Below, one piece after another: positions 35,383-43,516 of a DNA stretch of 64,000 nucleotides; positions within the stretch are counted from its first letter, which is position 1, and each line of letters opens with the position of its first letter. The DNA lies in contig JBJETY010000008.1 in NCBI GenBank assembly GCA_051883555.1, forward strand, positions 3,885 to 67,884, given 5' to 3'. This DNA comes from Christensenellales bacterium (GTDB lineage: Bacteria; Bacillota; Clostridia; Christensenellales; CAG-917). Under the pieces are notes generated by a model. It saw only the letters and a program-made list of their open reading frames with translations. It made no database searches and was not told the origin of the DNA. Position numbers and translations under genes: made by a program.

Positions 35383-35496
35383 TCATAATTAAAAACTAAC
35401 GCTTAAGTTTCGGGAGGGCGAGATTTATACAACTTGCGATATGGATATTTGTTTCGGGTAAGCGCGATATAGTCATGACACACTTTTCATTTTGTA

Positions 35497-35525
35497 TTGA
35501 CTGTTTTTTTGTTATCATATAAAAT
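35497..35525 (+). promoter_or_regulatory. Candidate sigma-A promoter for the GH13 gene
   Basis: TTGACT (35497-35502), 17-nt spacer, TAAAAT (35520-35525). This would give a ~190-nt leader. Confidence 0.5.
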
Positions 35526-35721
35526 ATAAGAAAAATAAGAAATTAAATTTATATATTTTTGTAAGAGAAAATCCGAATTTAGACGGAAAAGTTAAATATG
35601 AATCGTTAAATACGTCGTTTGATTTTAAATTTTATTTTCTATCGCCATACATATCCGATTTGATTTTTAACAGATATGGCGGTGCAGCGCATAATTTTAG
35701 CGACGTATTTCAGGAGTTACT

Positions 35722-37035
35722 ATGTGGGCAGACGTAAGTGTTTTTTATCATATATATCCGTTAGGTTTTTGCGGCGCGCCGAAAGACAACGACGGCAAAA
35801 TTGTCAATAGAATAGCGAAAGTGCTTAGTTTTGCCGACCATTTAAAAAAACTCGGCGTAAACGCAATTTATTTTTCGCCCGTATTTCAGTCTGACAGTCA
35901 CGGTTACGATACGAGAGATTTTAAAACTATCGATTGCCGATTGGGAAGCAATTCTGACTTTGCCGACGTTTGCCGTCAATTGCATGAAAAAGGCTTTAAA
36001 ATCGTTTTAGACGGAGTTTTTAATCACGTGGGGAGAGGTTTTTGGGCATTCCGCGACGTATTGGAAAACAAATTCAATTCAAGATATAAAGATTGGTTCA
36101 TGATAAATTTCGCCGGAAACAGTTGCTACAACGACGGCTTTTGGTATGAAGGTTGGGAGGGGCATTATGAACTTGTCAAACTAAATCTCAATAATAACGA
36201 GGTGGTTGAGTATATTTTAGGCTGTGTTAAATCCTGGGTGGACGAATTCGACGTGGACGGTTTGCGACTTGACGTGGCATATTGTCTAAACGAAAACTTT
36301 ATGCGCAGGTTGCGTGAATTTACAAATCGTCTGAAAGCGGATTTCTGGTTGGTCGGCGAGATTTTATTCGGAGATTACAACCGAATCGTCAACGACGGCA
36401 TGCTTCACAGCTGTACGAATTATGAATGTTATAAAGGGCTTTATTCGAGCTTCAATTCGAACAATATGTTTGAAATCGCCCATTCGCTTAACCGCCAATT
36501 CGGTTATGAATATTGGACGTTATATAAAGGAAAGCACCTTTTGTCTTTTGCGGACAACCATGACGTAACGAGAATTACGAGTCTGCTTACGGATAAAAAC
36601 GCAGTCTATCCGCTTTACGGAATACTGTTCGGAATGCCCGGTATCCCTTGTATATATTACGGTAGCGAGTGGGGTACGGAAGGGAAAAAAGAACAGGGTA
36701 GCGATGATTCTTTGCGCCCGTCTTTTGAAAAGCCGGAATGGAATTCTCTTACGGATTTTATATCAAAACTCGCCGCGGCTAGAAAGAATTCGGAAGCGCT
36801 AAAATACGGCGGTTATAAAAACGTAGTTATATTCAGCAAGCAGCTTGCGTTTGAAAGAGCTACTGACGATGAAACGGTGATTGTTTTAATAAATGCCGAT
36901 AGCTCAGAGTTTGAGTTCAATCTCGGAAATGGCGGCGAAAGCTTTTATGAAATGATTTGCGGCGAAGAAGTGACTTCGAATGACGGAAAGATAGTCGTTA
37001 TGCCGTACGGCGTTAAGTTTTTAAAGAGAGCATAG
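35722..37035 (+). CDS. GH13 (alpha-amylase family) glycoside hydrolase, cytoplasmic
   Basis: The four GH13 signature regions are present: DGVFNHVG, GLRLDVAY, FWLVGEI, SFADNHD. There is no signal peptide. AGGAG SD upstream. Confidence 0.88.
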   Translation: MWADVSVFYHIYPLGFCGAPKDNDGKIVNRIAKVLSFADHLKKLGVNAIYFSPVFQSDSHGYDTRDFKTIDCRLGSNSDFADVCRQLHEKGFKIVLDGVFNHVGRGFWAFRDVLENKFNSRYKDWFMINFAGNSCYNDGFWYEGWEGHYELVKLNLNNNEVVEYILGCVKSWVDEFDVDGLRLDVAYCLNENFMRRLREFTNRLKADFWLVGEILFGDYNRIVNDGMLHSCTNYECYKGLYSSFNSNNMFEIAHSLNRQFGYEYWTLYKGKHLLSFADNHDVTRITSLLTDKNAVYPLYGILFGMPGIPCIYYGSEWGTEGKKEQGSDDSLRPSFEKPEWNSLTDFISKLAAARKNSEALKYGGYKNVVIFSKQLAFERATDDETVIVLINADSSEFEFNLGNGGESFYEMICGEEVTSNDGKIVVMPYGVKFLKRA

Positions 37036-37280
37036 CGTTAAACAAAAACCGCATCGGCAATTGTTAAAAACCGCATCGGCTGTTGAAAACGAAACAGAGT
37101 TTATTATTGTTAAACGAAACGACGTTAGCTATTTATTAGCTTTCGTCGCAATAAATTTTGAGTTAAATATAGAGTTCTTAATAGTTACGATTTGAAAAAA
37201 TAAAAGAAAAACTTACGAAAGATAAAAGACGTCGCTTATAAACGGCAGAAAATGATTTAACCCTAAAAAATTATGGAGAG

Positions 37281-37315
37281 ATGCAACAAACGACAATTTT
37301 AAGTTGTTTATTATT
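37281..37315 (+). promoter_or_regulatory. Candidate ECF-sigma-dependent (autoregulatory) promoter motif, copy 1
   Basis: ATGCAACAAA-N13-TTGTTTATTATT. It matches copy 2 at 29 of 35 positions with identical spacing. TGCAAC resembles the AAC-type -35 of ECF promoters. The motif ends 6 nt before the sigma ATG. Confidence 0.55.
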
Positions 37316-37321
37316 AAACGA

Positions 37322-37825
37322 ATGGATAACAAAACCTTGAACAAATTATTGCAAGGCATTGCAAACGGCGATAACGAGGCATTTGCAAATTTTTATGAAA
37401 TAACGAAAAAGGGCGTTTATGCTTTCGTATCTTACTATCTGCCCAAAGAAGACGCTGAAGACGTTATGCAGGACGTGTATTTACTTATACGGGCAAACGC
37501 TTATAAATATCAGCCGGATACTAATGCCAAAGCATGGATTTTGCAGATTGCAAAAAATCAGTCGTTAAACAAGTTAAAGAAAGAAAAAAGATACGTTCCG
37601 CTCGAAGCGGCCGCCGAGAAGGGAGTCTGTGAAAGATATAATTCCGTGTCCGACGTCATGAAAAAATGCCTTTCGCAGGAAGAATACGAAATAGTCACGC
37701 TTCACGTCGTATGGGGATATAAACATAAAGAAATAGCTGAAATGATTTCAGCCCCTACGGGTACGGTTACGTCGAAATATAAAAGAGCTGTCGATAAAGT
37801 CAAAGCGGCTATAAAGGAGGTTTGA
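37322..37825 (+). CDS. ECF-type sigma-70 family RNA polymerase sigma factor
   Basis: ~168 aa with region 2 (DAEDVMQDVYLLI...AWILQIAKNQSLNKLKK) and region 4 (EYEIVTLHVVWGYKHKEIAEMISAPTGTVTSKYKRA). There is no SD upstream, so the mRNA may be leaderless. Confidence 0.85.
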   Translation: MDNKTLNKLLQGIANGDNEAFANFYEITKKGVYAFVSYYLPKEDAEDVMQDVYLLIRANAYKYQPDTNAKAWILQIAKNQSLNKLKKEKRYVPLEAAAEKGVCERYNSVSDVMKKCLSQEEYEIVTLHVVWGYKHKEIAEMISAPTGTVTSKYKRAVDKVKAAIKEV

Positions 37826-37826
37826 T

Positions 37827-38927
37827 ATGAATTGGAAAAAGCGTTGGCTTGACGAACTCGAAAACGAAGTCCCGAAAGCCGAACAACTTAATATCACACC
37901 TACGGGCGGAGGAACTGCCGCTTTAAAGAAGAAAGCGACTGTAACGGCAATTTCGTGTTTTGCGGCAGTTGCGCTTTTGTTGACCGTATTTCTGATTTTA
38001 TGGTTTTGCTTATTTAATCCCGTTGCCGACGATTTCGAAGGTAATTTTGTAACGGTTGAAATCAATCCGTCTATAATGTTCAGCGTTGATGAAAACGGAA
38101 AAATCATTAAAGCCGTTAGCCTTAACAATGACGCAGACGTTATTTTATCGAACGACGAGGCGAAAAACGAAATAATAGGCAAGACGCTGGGCGACGCCGT
38201 AAACGCATACGTAAAGTATGCGGCAAAGCTCGGTTACGTTAATTTGCTGTCGGACGCAGTCAAAGTTTACGGCACGGATAAAACGACTGTGGATAATACC
38301 GTAGAATCGTTGAAGAGCTATTTAAAGAAGGACGGAATTTTTGCCGCGGTTTTAAACGGCGGAGTAGATATCGAAAAAATCGCTCAGAATTGTTCGGCGA
38401 ATAGCGGCACGATTTCCGATATAGCTAATGCCGTTAAAGAAATGAACGTTCTTAACGTAGAAAACGAAACGAAAAGTCTGAGCATAGAAGAACTTATTGA
38501 AGAATATAAAGACAAATTTCTGAAAACCGATGAGGTAAAGGCTTATATAAAAGAGTTGATTCGCTCGGCGGACAGTTTATTTCTTGGAGAAGCCGAAAAA
38601 GAACTAATAATTTATTTAATTGATAACGACGAGAACTTTTTTGAAAGCATTGACGTAACCGATATCATTGCAAAAATCGAGACGTTTTCTTCCGATGTGG
38701 CTGAAAAAATAAAGTCGATTATAAATTTGCCTGAGAGCAGAGAAGAGTTTATTTCAAAGGTAACCGAAGCGATGAAAATCGATTTCGAAGTCAGTTTTCA
38801 AAATAATAAGGATAAGTACGACCTGCCTCGCTCTGAAATTTCCGACGAAGATTACGAAGAATTTGTTGACGGAATAATTAAACGTTACGGCACACTGGAC
38901 AAATTCTGGGAAAATAAAGGCAAATAG
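37827..38927 (+). CDS. Putative membrane anti-sigma factor (single TM, large extracytoplasmic domain)
   Basis: The start is 1 nt after the sigma gene stop (TGATATG). Layout is a short cytoplasmic N-terminus, a TM segment (ISCFAAVALLLTVFLILWFCLF) and an ectodomain beginning FVTVEINPSIMFSVDENGKII. The function is inferred from synteny. Confidence 0.6.
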   Translation: MNWKKRWLDELENEVPKAEQLNITPTGGGTAALKKKATVTAISCFAAVALLLTVFLILWFCLFNPVADDFEGNFVTVEINPSIMFSVDENGKIIKAVSLNNDADVILSNDEAKNEIIGKTLGDAVNAYVKYAAKLGYVNLLSDAVKVYGTDKTTVDNTVESLKSYLKKDGIFAAVLNGGVDIEKIAQNCSANSGTISDIANAVKEMNVLNVENETKSLSIEELIEEYKDKFLKTDEVKAYIKELIRSADSLFLGEAEKELIIYLIDNDENFFESIDVTDIIAKIETFSSDVAEKIKSIINLPESREEFISKVTEAMKIDFEVSFQNNKDKYDLPRSEISDEDYEEFVDGIIKRYGTLDKFWENKGK

Positions 38928-39049
38928 GACGTTCGTTTTGCAATAGAAGCGGCAAAAAAACGGAATTTACGCAAGCAAATCATTGAATGAACCAATGATT
39001 AAAGGCTAAAAGGCGAAAACAAATAGAAAAAACGAAAAATATAAAATTT

Positions 39050-39084
39050 ATGCAACAAAAGCCGATTTATAATTGTTTATTATT
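39050..39084 (+). promoter_or_regulatory. Candidate ECF-sigma-dependent promoter motif, copy 2
   Basis: ATGCAACAAA-N13-TTGTTTATTATT, located 41 nt upstream of the lipoprotein ATG. Confidence 0.55.
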
Positions 39085-39125
39085 CAAACAAACGTAAAAA
39101 CGGTATTTAAATTTCGGAGGTGCTT

Positions 39126-40640
39126 ATGAAACAAAAAATTTTAGTATTTGTTCTGGTTGCGCTCGTCTTGTGTGCGTCCTTGACATTGGTAGCGTGTAAC
39201 AGCGACGGCGGAGAAGCCAAAGTGCAATCTTTTGTAAGTCTCGATATTAACCCTGAAATTAACTTTACGGTCGATAGCAATAATAAAGTAGTCAGCGTAT
39301 ACGGCGCTAACGAAGACGGTAAAGTTTTGATTTACGGTGAGGCGAATTTGGTAGGCGAAGATATAGAAAAAGCTGTAGAAACGGTCGTTAAGCTTGCCGT
39401 CGATTACGGATATCTTGACGAAAATAACAGCGTTGTAGGAACAAGCGTAAGCGGTAGCGTAGATACGGACAAACTGCTTGCAAAAATCAATGCAAAAGTC
39501 GAAGCACAATCGGGGGAAGGCTTTGTTATAAAGGCAGACGCAAGCGGCTCGTTTGCGCTTAACCGCCAATATGAAAACTTTAAAGCGGAAAATCCTGATT
39601 CGACTTTAAGCAAAGCTGATTTTAAACTTGCTCTTGCCGCCTCCGAAACGGGAGAGATTTCTCTTGAAGTTGCTGTAAATTGCGATACGTCAAAGTTGCT
39701 TGACATCGTATCTAAAGCGCAAAATAAAGCGGAAGAATATGCAACTACGGCATATAACGACGCGGTAGCGGTTGCAAACGCAGTATACGAACAAGCCGTA
39801 AAAACGGCTGAGTCATCGGCATATATTGAATTTTACACAAAGCGAATTGCTTCGGCTATGACAAATCCAAGCTATTTGAAAACGGTATATTACGGCGGAA
39901 TCTACGGAATGTACGCAAGCACCGCTGCCGGATTGAAAGTCGTTTCGGCAACGGCAAAACAAATCGACAAAGTAACGGAATATCCTCTCGACGAAGCTCA
40001 GATTAACGAAATCGCAACCGCCTTGGGATTTACTTCGACGGACGTTGATTTGCTTAAAGACGAAAACGGTAATATCACGATTTCAAGTATTGAAGCTTAT
40101 GCCAACAAATATTTTAAAAATCAGGTTGACAGCGAAGAATTGGAGAATAAAATCGCCGCTTTGAAAGAAGCACTCAACAGCATTCAGATTGATGTACAAG
40201 CGAGCATTGACGTTAAAATCGGAGATTATTCGACTCAAATCAACGCTTCCATCAGCGCGGGACAAGGTATCGTCGACAGTCTTAATTCTGCGCTTAGCGC
40301 GGTAAAGGGAATGTTGCCGCAAGAATTCCAGGATTATCTCGACGATTTCGCCACGGCTTCGGAAAAAGTAGGCGAAGTGCTCAGCGGCAAGGAAGGCGCA
40401 ACTGAAAATCTCGACAGCTATATAGCAGAGCTCGAAGGCAAAGCCGATGAAGTGCTTGCTAAAATCGAAGCAGATTTATCTGAAGAGGATAAAAAGGAAA
40501 TTCAAGAGATAAAAGAGAGAAAAATATCAGAGTTGACTGAAGCTAAAGCAAAATTTGACGAATCGCTTACAAAAGCCAAGACTGAAGCGGAAAACTTCAT
40601 TAAAGCAAAAAAAGAAGCGAGAGCAGAAAAGACAAAATAA
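39126..40640 (+). CDS. Lipoprotein paralogous to the anti-sigma ectodomain, with a long Ala/Glu/Lys-rich helical C-terminal region
   Basis: Lipobox LTLVAC-N (MKQKILVFVLVALVLCASLTLVACNS) and a GGAGG SD 6 nt upstream. The mature N-terminus FVSLDINPEINFTVDSNNKVV parallels FVTVEINPSIMFSVDENGKII of the preceding gene. Confidence 0.75.
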   Translation: MKQKILVFVLVALVLCASLTLVACNSDGGEAKVQSFVSLDINPEINFTVDSNNKVVSVYGANEDGKVLIYGEANLVGEDIEKAVETVVKLAVDYGYLDENNSVVGTSVSGSVDTDKLLAKINAKVEAQSGEGFVIKADASGSFALNRQYENFKAENPDSTLSKADFKLALAASETGEISLEVAVNCDTSKLLDIVSKAQNKAEEYATTAYNDAVAVANAVYEQAVKTAESSAYIEFYTKRIASAMTNPSYLKTVYYGGIYGMYASTAAGLKVVSATAKQIDKVTEYPLDEAQINEIATALGFTSTDVDLLKDENGNITISSIEAYANKYFKNQVDSEELENKIAALKEALNSIQIDVQASIDVKIGDYSTQINASISAGQGIVDSLNSALSAVKGMLPQEFQDYLDDFATASEKVGEVLSGKEGATENLDSYIAELEGKADEVLAKIEADLSEEDKKEIQEIKERKISELTEAKAKFDESLTKAKTEAENFIKAKKEARAEKTK

Positions 40641-40676
40641 TAAATTGCAAATTTTCCTTCACACAATAGACAAGTT

Positions 40677-40713
40677 GCAACGGCCATAGCAATAGCTATG
40701 GCCGTTGCTTTTT
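40677..40713 (+). terminator. Rho-independent terminator after the lipoprotein gene
   Basis: Stem GCAACGGCCATAGC / GCTATGGCCGTTGC (14 bp), loop AAT, then TTTTT. Confidence 0.88.
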
Positions 40714-40749
40714 AAAGATGATAAAACTAAAAAATAAAATCAGATAAAA

Positions 40750-41580
40750 CTAAAAAATAAAATCTTCTGACGGCGGAATGCTAAATTCCATATTTTCTTT
40801 TGTATACGGATTTAAAAATTTCAGATATACGCATTTTAATTGCTGTCCGCTGTTGAATTCTCCAGAAAAATTGCCGTATAGAGTATCTCCGACTATAGGG
40901 TGTCCGATATGCGCGGCATGAATTCTTATCTGGTGCGTGCGTCCTGTCAATAAATCGACGTCGCATAGAGTATTGCCGTCTTTAACCGAAACGGGAGTAA
41001 AAATCGTTTTTGACGGTTTTCCGTTTTTATCTATTCTTCTTTTCATAACGAGGGGTTCGCTTAATATCGGAGCGTCGACTTCCGTCTTTTGACTTAATAC
41101 TCCGGTCAAAACCGTTCTGTATTTTTTTTCAATTTCTCCCGTAAGCAAAAAATGCGTGAGTCCGTTTAAAGCGACAAGTATTAATCCGGACGTGTCCTTA
41201 TCCAGTCGCGTGACGATTCTGCATACCTCTTTCGGATATAAATAAGCAAGACCTGCAAGCAGATTATCGTCGTAATGACCGTGTGTCGGCATGCACGGAA
41301 TATCCGACGGTTTGTATAGCACGATAAAATCTTCGTTTTTAAAAATTATTTTTATCGGCAGTTGCGTGCGGACAGGATACGGAGTCGACCTTTCGGGAAT
41401 CATGATTTGTATTTTATCGCCGTCAGACAGCTTTACGTTTCCCAAAAATTCCCTACCGTTTAAAAGCACTTTGCCGCCGTGTTTTAAAATCATAGCGTTT
41501 ATACGACGGGAAAAAGTCTTTGACATAAGGTCCTTTATAGTCGTAGGACTTGTTGCGTACAGCGTTACCGTTTTATCCAT
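40750..41580 (-). CDS. RluA-family pseudouridine synthase
   Basis: S4-like N-terminus, the catalytic motif VTRLDKDTSGLILVA, and C-terminal LLTGRTHQIRIHAAHIGHPIVGD. I call the internal ATG at 41580; the longer track ORF runs into the divergent promoter region. Confidence 0.85.
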   Translation of the reverse strand: MDKTVTLYATSPTTIKDLMSKTFSRRINAMILKHGGKVLLNGREFLGNVKLSDGDKIQIMIPERSTPYPVRTQLPIKIIFKNEDFIVLYKPSDIPCMPTHGHYDDNLLAGLAYLYPKEVCRIVTRLDKDTSGLILVALNGLTHFLLTGEIEKKYRTVLTGVLSQKTEVDAPILSEPLVMKRRIDKNGKPSKTIFTPVSVKDGNTLCDVDLLTGRTHQIRIHAAHIGHPIVGDTLYGNFSGEFNSGQQLKCVYLKFLNPYTKENMEFSIPPSEDFIF

Positions 41581-41659
41581 AATTTTATTATATTGCCCGA
41601 AACGCGTCGTGTCAATTTTATGTTGATTTAGCGTATAATAAACGTATAAAAAAGGGTAT

Positions 41660-41688
41660 TGAATAGCGGAAAAATTTATGATACAATT
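41660..41688 (+). promoter_or_regulatory. Sigma-A type promoter for the small ORF at 41711
   Basis: TTGAAT (41660-41665), 17-nt spacer, TACAAT (41683-41688). Confidence 0.6.
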
Positions 41689-41710
41689 AAAAAAAAGCTG
41701 GAGGAGAATT

Positions 41711-41974
41711 ATGTTAACAGTAAATTTTGTAGACGAAGTGAAAAATACGTTTAACGGCGATAATATGAGATGGATAGCCGGCGGAAACATTATTGACCTT
41801 ATACAGGAACTTAGCGAATTTTACAAATTAGATCCGCAATCGCTTGTCGATTTCAGATACCTTGTAAACGGTAAAGAAGTTCCGAAGAAAAAATGGGGAA
41901 AAATCAAACTTAAACCGAGAGACGGAATTATGATTATGCCTAAAAATTTCACGCCTGTCGTAGCTGAGGAATAA
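41711..41974 (+). CDS. Hypothetical 87-aa protein
   Basis: Strong GGAGGAG SD, its own promoter and its own terminator. I do not recognise the sequence (MLTVNFVDEVKNTFNGDNMRWIAGG...LVNGKEVPKKKWGKIKLKPRDGIMIMPK). Confidence 0.6.
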   Translation: MLTVNFVDEVKNTFNGDNMRWIAGGNIIDLIQELSEFYKLDPQSLVDFRYLVNGKEVPKKKWGKIKLKPRDGIMIMPKNFTPVVAEE

Positions 41975-41989
41975 TATTTAAAAAAACGC

Positions 41990-42022
41990 AAAAGCCTGCA
42001 CAATCGTGCAGGCTTTTTTTTG
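41990..42022 (+). terminator. Rho-independent terminator after the small ORF
   Basis: Stem AAGCCTGCAC / GTGCAGGCTT, loop AATC, then TTTTTTTT. Confidence 0.9.
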
Positions 42023-42423
42023 CTTTATAATACAAAACAAAGGAGATATAACCGGTACGAAATAAGCAGCTTTTAACGAGTATAAAGGCGAATTTGCTAA
42101 GAATAAATATAAATTAATATAATAAATAAATATAAATAAAAAAATTGTGAGTTCTATAATTTCTTATAATTTGCAGCGATAATAAATCAATGGGAATAAA
42201 CCGCCGTAAACTCTTAGCGAATTTAAATATGTCGTAATATTTTATGATAATAATTTTTTACTCATTATGCGATATATTTTAACGTTTATGCTTAGTTATG
42301 AAAACTTGCTTTTACATACGGTATGGGGGAGCTTGTGGCTTAAAGAACAATGTTTGCATATTGACACCGATATTTAAATATGATAATCTAAAAAAAATAA
42401 TTTTAAAATAAAAGGAGAGAATA

Positions 42424-43509
42424 ATGCAAAAGAAAATTTTGTTAGTGATGATAGTAGCGGTTTTGATTGTTTCGCTCGTGGCATTCGTAGCATGCGATAA
42501 AACCGAAAATTCGGATAAAAGTGACAACGGCACAAATGAAATCGGCGGCACGGACGATGGAAACGAAGAGGCGGAGCAGAAGTTCGAAGTTTTAGCGGAC
42601 GGCACGTACAACGGCGTAAAAGTACGAAACGGAATAGTCACGTCTTATTCAGGCTCGGTTGCAGAGCTTGTCATTCCTACAGGCGTAACGGGTATCGGTG
42701 ACTTAGCATTTTATAACAATAAGACTGTGACAAGCGTCGTTATCCCTAAAGGAGTTACGAGTATCGAAGCGCGTGCGTTTTTAAGTTGTTCGAATCTTAC
42801 TAGCGTTGTAATTCCCGACGGCGTAACAAGCATAGGACAAAACGCTTTCAGCTATTGCGCAGAATTGGTCAACGTTACGATTCCTGACAGCGTTGTGGCA
42901 TTGGATAGAGCTTTTTCGGATTGCGATAAATTGGCTTATGACGAATACGAAAACGGTAGGTATTTAGGCAACCACTTGATTGACGCCATAGACAGCTCGG
43001 CAACCAATTTTACGGTAAGAGCGGGCACGATTACCATTGCCGGAAGCGCGTTCGATTATTTTTCCGAATTAACGACGGTCAATATTTCCGAAGGATTAAA
43101 AGGAATAGGAGTATGCGCGTTTGAAGATTGCGAAAAGCTTGAGTCGATAGCATTGCCTTCGACAGTAAAATTTATAGGTTCGTATGCGTTTAACGGTTGT
43201 TCCGCTTTAATTAGCGTAAATATTCCTGCCGGAGTAGAAACTATAGGAAGGGACACGTTTAACGGTTGTACGAATCTTGAATCGGTAACAATTCCCGACA
43301 GCGTTGTTTCAATCGGCATAAGCGCTTTTAACAGTTGTAGCAGTTTAACAAGCGTAATCATACCTATAGGCGTTAAGGAAATAGGCGAATATGCGTTTAT
43401 CGGATGTAGCAGCTTGACGATAAATGCCGAAGCGGCGGAGAAGCCGAGCGGATGGGATAGCAATTGGAATTATAGCAATCGTCCCGTAGTTTGGGGATAT
43501 ACGGGTTAA
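42424..43509 (+). CDS. BspA-type LRR lipoprotein
   Basis: Lipobox VAFVAC-D, then ~23-aa LRR_5-type repeats (V.IP.GV..IG..AF..C..L). The C-terminal motif is EKPSGWDSNWNYSNRPVVWGY. AAGGAGAG SD upstream. Confidence 0.82.
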   Translation: MQKKILLVMIVAVLIVSLVAFVACDKTENSDKSDNGTNEIGGTDDGNEEAEQKFEVLADGTYNGVKVRNGIVTSYSGSVAELVIPTGVTGIGDLAFYNNKTVTSVVIPKGVTSIEARAFLSCSNLTSVVIPDGVTSIGQNAFSYCAELVNVTIPDSVVALDRAFSDCDKLAYDEYENGRYLGNHLIDAIDSSATNFTVRAGTITIAGSAFDYFSELTTVNISEGLKGIGVCAFEDCEKLESIALPSTVKFIGSYAFNGCSALISVNIPAGVETIGRDTFNGCTNLESVTIPDSVVSIGISAFNSCSSLTSVIIPIGVKEIGEYAFIGCSSLTINAEAAEKPSGWDSNWNYSNRPVVWGYTG

Positions 43510-43516
43510 AAATTTA

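Noticed and set aside
34587-35400. Chromosomal replication origin (oriC)
   Set aside because: No dnaA or dnaN is adjacent, and gene orientation stays on the + strand on both sides. The DnaA-box resemblance is only 7-8 of 9 positions. It is kept only as a low-probability hypothesis within the repeat finding.
37281-37340. Small uORFs starting at the ATG of the shared motif (MQQTTILSCLLLNEWITKP at 37281 and MQQKPIYNCLLFKQT at 39050) as conserved leader peptides
   Set aside because: Differences between the two copies are not concentrated at third codon positions. The first ATG has an SD-like GGAGAG with only ~2 nt spacing, and the second has no SD. DNA-level conservation, as for a promoter or operator, explains it better.
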